Origin: Paraspadella gotoi
Taxonomy: Eukaryota > Animalia > Chaetognatha
NCBI GenBank assembly: GCA_051294375.1
Contig: CM119267.1
Span: 11,605,553 to 11,669,552 of the forward strand
Length of the DNA: 64,000 nt
Direction: 5' to 3'
Numbering within the stretch: position 1 is the stretch's first letter; each line of letters begins with the position of its first letter. Below the pieces are notes generated by a model. That model had not been told where the DNA came from. It searched no databases and was given only the letters and a program-made list of their open reading frames with translations. A program made the translations under genes and the position numbers. Shown one piece after another: positions 55,106 through 64,000 of the stretch.

Positions 55106-56567
55106 CTTTCTCTCTCTGTCCTCTGGCTTCACACACATGCGCACTCAATCTCTCGTTTTTCACGTTTTCTTTATTCGATTCCCTTAAACTGTTGTATCGT
55201 GACTCGTGAGCTCGACTTTGCCAACTCTCTCTCTCTCTCTCTTTCTCTCTCTTTTATTTTATTTCGCTCTCTTTCTCTCCCCTCTTAAAGACTAACTAAT
55301 TTGTAGATTCGTCGCCCGCTGCGAGTTAGTATGTACATATAAATGTGTACTTAATGGGTAAGCGATTAAGATCTCGCCTCTCGTGCGTCGACCCTCCTTT
55401 TTTCTTTCTTTGTTTTAATTCAATAAAATTCTTTCTTGTCCTTCTTCAGGCACTACGGTGCTAGCTTCGCCCAATACTCAAACCGCCATCTACAGCCTTG
55501 TGAATCACCCTCATGACATCCACTCCGGTTGCGCAGGTGAGAAATTCGTTAATAGTGATCAAAAAACGGAAAGAGCGGGAAGGTGAATCTTTACTTTCTG
55601 GTGATTAACTAAAAACCAGTACGTATTTGGCAAATACTAATTAGTTCTGCTTTCGTACAGAAATCCCTATTTAAAATTTAATCTAACATCATTTTAACTC
55701 TGAATCGCTGAGCCTGCGACGACGTTGAAACTTCTTCGTTTTATTATATTAAGTTAAAAGCCACGGTTAGTAAAAGGGTTAATTATTAAACGCGTCTTAA
55801 TGAGAGTTCTTTATGTGAGAATTTCTTAAAGTCCAATAGCTAAAGCGTCTGGTTTGGACTCCGATTAGCGAGCGTCACTGTGAAAAGAGAAAAAGAAGTT
55901 GTGAGTGGGCGACCGTGGTGGGCAGGGAGTGGAGGAAGCCACGAGGGAATAAGTGGCCGTGGAAGTTTGTGGGGGGGAGCGGGGAGTTGGGGCAGGTGGG
56001 GTAGGAGGCGAGCGAGCCGGCCAAGAGAGGAAGATTCAGAGAAGCAAATCTCAAGAAAAACATTCGTTAGCAGTGATCCTGTCAGAGAAAAGAGAAGAAG
56101 AGAAATAAAAAGAATTAAGGAAGAGAAAAGAAAAAGTTTGGCTCGTAAAGCAGAGAAAAGGAAACGGTTTCTGTGAATAGTTTGTTTTTTTGTTTTTTTT
56201 TTGTAATTTCATGACGAATCGAATCCCACGAACTTGATGCCTGACGTTGTGAAATGTAAACATGAAAATATGATAAAAGCGAACCGCCATGTTCGTTTCT
56301 TCAAAAATATTAATTTTTTTGTATTAAAATACATGAAGACGTTATTATTTTTGAACTCCTTCGGTTTTTCCTCGTCATGAAAAAAGTGAAAAGAAAGAAG
56401 GAAAGAAAAGAGAAAAGATAAAGAAGCGAAGGCCACTTGATGTCTTTGTAGCTCGTAATTTCTGATTCCCTGCTTACATTTTTACGATCCTTTCTCTGAA
56501 CTAAATTCTAAGCTACTTTCTGTCTTTCTATCTTTTCATCTTTCCTCTTTTTTTTTGCTTTTTATGT

Positions 56568-56620
<53 letters not shown>

Positions 56621-56948
56621 TTTCTTTTTATCTTTTTTTTTTTTTGTTTATTTATTTCTTTCTTTTTTCCTTTCTTTCTAGCTTTCTTTCTTTCTTTCTT
56701 TCGTTCGCTCGATTTTTGCTTACTTTCATCCTCCATTACTTTACCACTCCTTCAGACGGACAACCCCCGCCCCCTCTCCCCCCTCTCCTCGCGGCGGTTC
56801 GGACTTGGCGCCGGAAGTGAGCGGCGACGGCCCACATCGTCGGCGTCGGCGGCGCCAACCACGTGGCGGCGTGGTACGAAGGATTCCGAAGGATGGCCAA
56901 TGCTCTTTACATCAAGGACACGCGAAGAGATGGTGAGAACGGGTGATG

Positions 56949-57045
<97 letters not shown>

Positions 57046-57954
57046 TTTTTTTCTGGGCAGACTTTTTGTGCATATTTTGCATTTTTTTGCGTGGCGTTCC
57101 ATGGGATAGACGCTAGACGCATTTTTTTTTTCTTCTCTTTTTCGTGAAACGAAATCTCTCTTTTTTTTCTCAGGATGAATAATCGCTTCGTGAATTGTGG
57201 GTTTTTGTCTCGTAGTTGTTATTACGGTTGTAGTTTTTTTGTGAGATTTTCGTGTTTTGTTTGTAAATACTTTCTAAATTTTAGATAACAATGTCGACGT
57301 CGTCGTCGTCGTAATTGCCTTCATCGTCGCTCAATGTTTGACAATTCAAACCGGTTGACAATCTCGGATTCCACGTTTTACTCGGAATCTATCTCCCGGA
57401 TAATGACCCTGGATAACAACCAACTAATCCACATGGTCGCTGGTGGCTCGTCGTCGTCGTCGTCGTCGTCGCTATCCTCAAATTTTTGTTTACGTTTGTG
57501 TTTGCCGATGAAACGCCTGTGACATTAACGCGGGGATTAAACGAGCGCCGGGCAAAGTTAAAATTAAACGAGCGCCGGGCAAAGTTAAAAACATCGCCAC
57601 ACCAGAAAGAGATTGAATCGTCGTCTTCGTCGTCGTTGTCGTCTTCTTTGTTGTCGCCGTGCTCCTCGTCGTCGTCGTCGTCGTCGTCGCAAGTCTCATC
57701 CTCCTCGTTAAGTTTTGTTTATGTAAGGATCGTCGAATTTTCGTTCATCGTTGAATTTGGTTTTTGTGACTAAAATCACCAAAGCCGGATCGGAGGAAGA
57801 TCGCTTCCGGTGAAAGCCAATTAAGACNNNNNNNNNNNNNNNNNNNNNNNNNNNNNNNNNNNNNNNNNNNNNNNNNNNNNNNNNNNNNNNNNNNNNNNNN
57901 NNNNNNNNNNNNNNNNNNNNNNNNNNNNNNNNNNNNNNNNNNNNNNNNNNNNNN

Positions 57955-57987
<33 letters not shown>

Positions 57988-58701
57988 AAAAGAGAGGATG
58001 TAAGATGGAAAGGCTCATGATAAGAAAGAAGGTTAAAAAGCTACCCCGCGGCTTATCTTCGTCGTCGTCGGCTTAATCTAATCTAATCTTTCCTCTGTAC
58101 TGGCCCTTCCGTGCCTCCTCTCTCTTCTTTTTTCCTTCTTGTCCTTTTTCTTTTCACAATTTTTCTTTTCTTTTCTCTCTCGGTGACCTCCATTTTTTCC
58201 TCTCCTTTCCATTCNNNNNNNNNNNNNNNNNNNNNNNNNTAGATGAGGAGAAATCTTTGTGCCCTCGCCGCCCTCTTTGCATTTTGCTAAATGGAGCGAG
58301 GCCTGATTTTTGAGGCCAAAATGAGCGGGAAAAGTCTCTCGTCGTCGTCATTGTCGTCGTCGTCATTCGCGTCGTTCCGACGCGCACTCCTCTCAAAACC
58401 CCAAAAACCGAGAATTCCATTAAGCGGCGACAAAACGTTCGTACACAGCGCTTGTATTTCCCGGAAATTAGTAAGAAAGGAGAAAGTGGCCGACCCCTTT
58501 TTCCGTCCACCCCATCGGCAAGGATCCCAACCCATTCGAACCCCCTAAGCCCCCCCCCCCCCCTCATGCGACGATCGGACCGGATTTCGAGTTTTCCCGC
58601 GCGAATTCTGGTGAATTTCGAGAGAGAGAGAAAAAGAGAGGAGAAGCGAATTTTCGCTGATCCGCGGACGAGGGAACGGAAATCGATGAGAGAGAGAAGA
58701 G

Positions 58702-58738
<37 letters not shown>

Positions 58739-60321
58739 GAGAGGAGAGAGAGAGAGAAGAGAGAGAGAATCAGAAAGAGAGAGAGAGAGAGAGAGACGAG
58801 AGGAGAGAGAGAGAGAGAGAGGGGAGAGAGACGAGAAGCCTACCAGACACATGACAACAGAGGATAGGGAATATCAGGGACGAATTATGAAATTGGAGTT
58901 CAGAGAATGGGTGTGTTCAGGAGTGGGCTGCGCCTTTTCAACGCCCCTCAGTTCTTCGATCGACCCCAGGGCGAATTCGTTTCCAACCCCTTCGCCTCAG
59001 CCGAGAGCGAGTTTCAAATTTATGCAACCAAATTATATCGTACTCTTTCCACTCACTTCGCGAATCCTAGGCGATCCAACCATAGGCCTATACCCATTGG
59101 TCTTCCGTATTTTCTTTTTGTTCACATCAAGGACTAAACTTAAAATTTGCCTTCCCCCCCAATTACTCTCATCTTTCCCTCCGCCCCAACGCCCCCCCCT
59201 CCCTCCCCCTTCCTCTTCTTCAGGATGTCGTCTGTGTCGCTCGCTGAACTCAAAGTCATCGGCGGCGATGGCAACTCTCGAACAGCTCCCGAGGGGCGGA
59301 GTCGGCCGCCGACGCCGCCACGCCCACGCCAGGTAGCGTTGTCGTGCGAATGGATGTCGTTATGACCCTATTATCTTCTTTGTTATATCCGATTTTTGAA
59401 GTGCCCTCGTCCAATTTTGATTTCCACTCCGGTACAACCTTCATAACGCTTTTTTAAGCCAATCAACTTTATTGTTTTCCCAATCCGATTTTTATTCTTA
59501 ATTTTTATTCGATCGTTCCCTTTCGTATTTCCTTTGTCCTAGCTCATCCGTCTCAGCTCTCTTCCTAGATTCTTTCATCTCTTTATCTCTTCGCTTTTTC
59601 CTTCTCCCCCCCTCACTCCCCTCTCAAACCCCCTTCTCCCCTTCTTTCTCACCTCTCCCTTCTCCCCCCGCCTCTCTCTTCTCCGACCGAGTTTCTTTTA
59701 AAAAAAAGACTTTAGCTGAGAATTCGGAAAGGGGGATTTTATTAAGAGAATTAAACAAAAGAAAAGGCAGTCGTTATTTCGCACCGTCTTTTGGGGAGGG
59801 AGAGAGAGAGAGAGAGAGAAGAAAGAGAGAGAGGAGGAGAGAGGAGAGAGAGAGAATAGGAGAGTGAAGATCGGACGAGGAGGAGAGAGAGCAAGAAGAA
59901 GCGGAGGCGAGAGATAAAAGAACAGAAATTTTGATGCTCGGGGGAGGTTTTAAGGTAAAAAGGGACTGTTAAAATTTTGATATTATATTGAATCTGTGGC
60001 AAGTGTTAGATTTGCAGTTATTCGGCGGCATTTTAAAGGGTTTTGTAGCGAATGTTTGTGTACCATGGAAGGAGAGTGAACGAGGGCGGAGTAGGGAGAG
60101 CTTAGGGGGTTGCAAGGAGGGAAGTACGATATGTTGTGATTGAAATATTGGGTTGGATGGGAAGTGAAGTCTTTCGCCCCGTTGAAAATTTCCTTCGTTT
60201 CCTCCATTAATTTCAGTCAGCGGAGAAACTCCTCCTTTCCTTTTTTGATGGTTGATTGATAACATGCAAAGGCAACGTCTCCCTCTCTCTCCTCTCTCTC
60301 TCTCTCTCTCTTCTTCTCTCT

Positions 60322-60365
<44 letters not shown>

Positions 60366-62330
60366 CTCTTCTCCCTCTCCTTTCTCTCTCTGTTCCCGTG
60401 TCTGGCCTTCAACACACATGCGCACTCAATCTCTCGTTTTCACGTTTTCTTTATTCGATTCCTTTAAACTGGTTGTTCGTGACCGTTAGCTCGACTTTGC
60501 CCCCAAACTCTCTCTCTCTCTCTCTCTCTCTTCTCTTGTGTATCTTTTATTCGCTCTCTTCTTCCCCCCTTAAAGGACTAACTAATTTGTAGATTCTCGC
60601 CTGCTGCGAGTTTAGTATGGTACATATAAATGTGTACTTAATGGGTAAGCGATTAAGTTCTCGGCCTCTCGTGCGGGCGACCCCCTTTTCTTCTTGTTTT
60701 AATTCAATAAGTTCTATTCTCGTCCTTCCTCAGGCAAGCTACGGTGCTATTAGTCTTCCCAGCATACTCAACACCGCCATCTATAGCCTTGTGAATTCAC
60801 CCTCATGACATCCACTCCGGTTGCCGCAGGTGAGAATATTCGTTAATATTGATCCAATAAAACGGAAAGAGCGGAAGGTGAATCTACTTTCTGGTCGGTG
60901 ATTTAACTAAAAACCAGTACGTATTTGCCAAATACTATTAGTTCTGCTGTTCGTACAGACATCCCTTTTAAAATTTAATCTAACCATTATTCTTTAACCT
61001 CTGAATCGCCTGAAGCCTGCGACGACGTTGAAACTTCTTCTTTATTTATTAAGTTTGAAAAAGGGCACGGTAGAAAAAGGGTATTATTGAAAACGGTCGT
61101 AAATGAGACTTTATGTGAGAATTTTCTTAAAGTCCAATAGCTAAAGCGTCTGGTTTGGACTCCTCGATTAGCGGCGTCGCTGTCGAAAAAAAGAGAAAAA
61201 GAAGTTGTGAGTGGCGACGTGTGGGCCAGGGAGTGGAGGGGAAAGCCACCGAGGGGAATAAAGTGCCAGGAATAAAAAGGAAGTTTGTGGGGGTGAGCGG
61301 GAATTGGAGTGATAGGAGGCGAGCTAGCCGGCCAGAGAGGAGGGGGAAGATTCGGAGAAGGCAAATCCTCCTCAAAGAACAACATTCGTTAGCAGGTTAT
61401 TCCTGTCAGAGGAAAAGAAGAAGAAGAGAAGAAATAAAAAGAATAAGGAAGAGAAAAGAAAAAGTTGTGGCTTTTCCCTTTTAAAAGCAGAAGAAAAGGA
61501 AACGGTTTTCTTGAATAGTTTGGTTTTTGTTTTTTTTTGTAATTTCATGAACGAATCGAATTCCCACGACTTGATGCCTGACGTTGTGAAAGTGCTAAAC
61601 ATGAAAATATGATAAAAAGCGAACCGCCATGTTCATGTCTTCAAAATATTAATTTTTTTGTATTAAAATACATTGGGAAGACATCTTGATAACTCCTTCG
61701 TTTGCCTCGTCATGGAAAAAAGATGAAAAGAAAGAAGGAAAGAAAAGAGAAGAAGATTAAAGAACGAAGGCACTATGCTTTGTTTGTAGCGCTGTAAGTT
61801 TCTGATTCCCTTGCTTTACATTTTTACGATCCTTCTTCTGATAACTAAATTCTAGCTACTTTCTGTCTTTTCATCCCTTTTATCTTTCCTCTTTTTTTTT
61901 GCTTTTTATGTTTTTCTTTCTTTCTTTCTCCGTTCTCTTTTCCTTTTCTTCTCTTCTTTTCTTCTTTCTTTTTATCTTTTGTTTTTTTTTGTTTATTTAT
62001 CTTCTTTCTTTTTTCCTTCTTCTAGCTTTCTTTCTTCTTTCTTGTTCGTTCCGCTCGATTTTTTGCCTACTTTCATCCTCCCATTACCTTTACCACTCCT
62101 TCAGACGGAACCAACCCCGCCCCCTTCCCCTCTCCTCGCCGCGCCGGTTCGATCTTGCGCCCGGAATGGCGGCGAACGTCACTCGTACGAAAGCTCCGGT
62201 ATACCCACATCGTCGGCGTCGGTCGGCGCCAACCACGGTGGCGGCCGTGGTACGAAGGATTCCGAAGGGCATGCCAAATGCTCTTTACATTCAAAGGAGA
62301 CACGCGAAGAGATGTGAGAACGGGTTGATG

Positions 62331-62368
<38 letters not shown>

Positions 62369-64000
62369 GACGCGAAAGAGCAGCCGAGGAGGGAGAGCGT
62401 CGGAGAATCGATGCGACGAGATGGCAAGATGGACGAGATAAAGAGGGACGAGATCGAAGAGAGTGGTGACAATGGATAACGAGAGGAGAGCACGGTATCT
62501 TCAAAGATCGATAACCGCAAGTAGAGCCCACTAGCGACGTACATCGTGACGAGAGAGGGCGGGAGCAGGGGGAGCCGAGTATGGTGAGAGAGAGAGAGAG
62601 TGGAGAGAGAGAGAGGACGAGAGAGAGAGAGAGAGAGAGCAGAGAGAGAGAGAGAGAGAGAGAAGAAATTTTGTTTTTGGGCAGGACTTTTTCGTGCATA
62701 TTTTGCATTTTTTTTGCGTGGCGTTCCCTGGGATAGACGGCTAGACGCATTTTTTTTTTCTTCGCTTTTCGTGAAAACGAAATCTCTCTTTTTTTTTTCC
62801 AGGATAATGTGATAATCGCTTCGTGAATTGTTGGGTTTTGTCTCGTAGTCTGTTATTACGTTGGTTTTTGTTGAGATTTCGTGTTTTGTTTGTAATACTT
62901 TCTAAATTTTAGAAAACAATGTCGACGTCGTCGTCGTCGTATTGCCTTCTGTCGCTCAATGTTGGACAATTCAAACCCGGTTGACAATGTGGATTCTCCA
63001 CGTTTTACTCGGAATCTATCTCCCGGGATAATGACCCTGGATAACAACACTAATCACTATGTCGCTGGTGGCTCGTCGTCGTCGTCCCCGGTAACGTCGC
63101 GCTATCCCAAATTTTTGTTTACGTGTTTGTGTTTTGCCGATGAAACGCCTTTTGTGACATTACGCGGGGATTAAAACGAGCGCCGGGCAAAGTTAAAATT
63201 AAACAGGCCGGGCAAAAGTTTTAAAAACATCGCCACACCAGATAAGAGATCTGAATCGTCGTCTTCGTTGCGTCGTGTCGTCTTCTTTGTTGGCGCCGTG
63301 CTCCTCGTCTCGTCGTCGTCGTTCGTCGCAAGTCTCATCTCCTCGTTAAGTTTTGTTTATGAAGATCGTCCGAATTTCGTTTCATCGTGAATTGTTTTTG
63401 CTGAAATAAAAGATGGAAATTTGGTGAAAGCCATAGACACAGGAGAAATAGGAGAGAAGAGAAGAGAAGGAGAAAAGAGGGAAAAGAGAGAGTAAGACGA
63501 GCAGGAGCTGTAAGACATCGAGGCCAGATAAACGAAGAAGCACGCGGCAATTCGTCGTTGGCTATCTATCAATCTTTCTCGTGATACAGCCATTAAGATC
63601 ACCTCTCTTCAAAGATAGAAAGTTTTTTGAGAACAATTCTAGAAGACTCTTGAGGGATGAGCTGGAGATTTTCCTTTGAAAGAGATAGTTTTCTAGACTG
63701 AATTCCTCTAAAGCGATGTAAGTGGAATCCCTCTTCTCTGTAAGAAGGTCTAAGCTACCCGCGACTAGCTCTAACCTCCGTTCCGTCGAGTATCATTGAT
63801 TACGATCGACATAGTTAAGACATGCAATAACTAACATCTCTACTGCCTATCCTGCCTCCTTTCTTCTTTTCCATCTTGTCTTTCTTCTCTTACATCTTCT
63901 CTCCTTCTAACTATCTCGGTGACCTCCACCTCTTTTCCTACTCGCTTTCCTCTTTTTTCATCTTTGCCTTCTTCTCTTTCCCTTCTCTCTCTCTCTTCTT

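Noticed and set aside
57536-57592. Short direct repeats as a CRISPR-like array
   Set aside because: Two adjacent units, no spacers, no cas genes, eukaryotic context.

Overview
Eukaryotic (probably invertebrate animal) genomic scaffold. It is saturated with (GA)n/(TC)n, (GAC/TCG)n and (GCC)n microsatellites and broken by many N gaps, five of them exactly 25 N. Most ORF-track entries are microsatellite translations, not genes. Supportable content: (1) a six-exon + strand gene (10302-14960, 706 aa by manual splicing) of the BPI/LBP/CETP (TULIP) lipid-binding family, apparently without a signal peptide; (2) 3-4 phase-compatible exons of an unidentified + strand gene (34144-34494 plus 53544-53647/54203-54357), with a cluster of three tRNA-Leu(CAA)-derived pieces in one intron; (3) a few low-confidence small spliced genes between 2.6 and 28 kb. 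From ~30.5 kb to the end, a single ~11-kb locus is repeated 2-5 times in both orientations, partly as exact copies and partly as indel-ridden copies. This is most likely an assembly/gap-filling artefact. All gene models come from reading splice sites and frames by eye; no database search was run.
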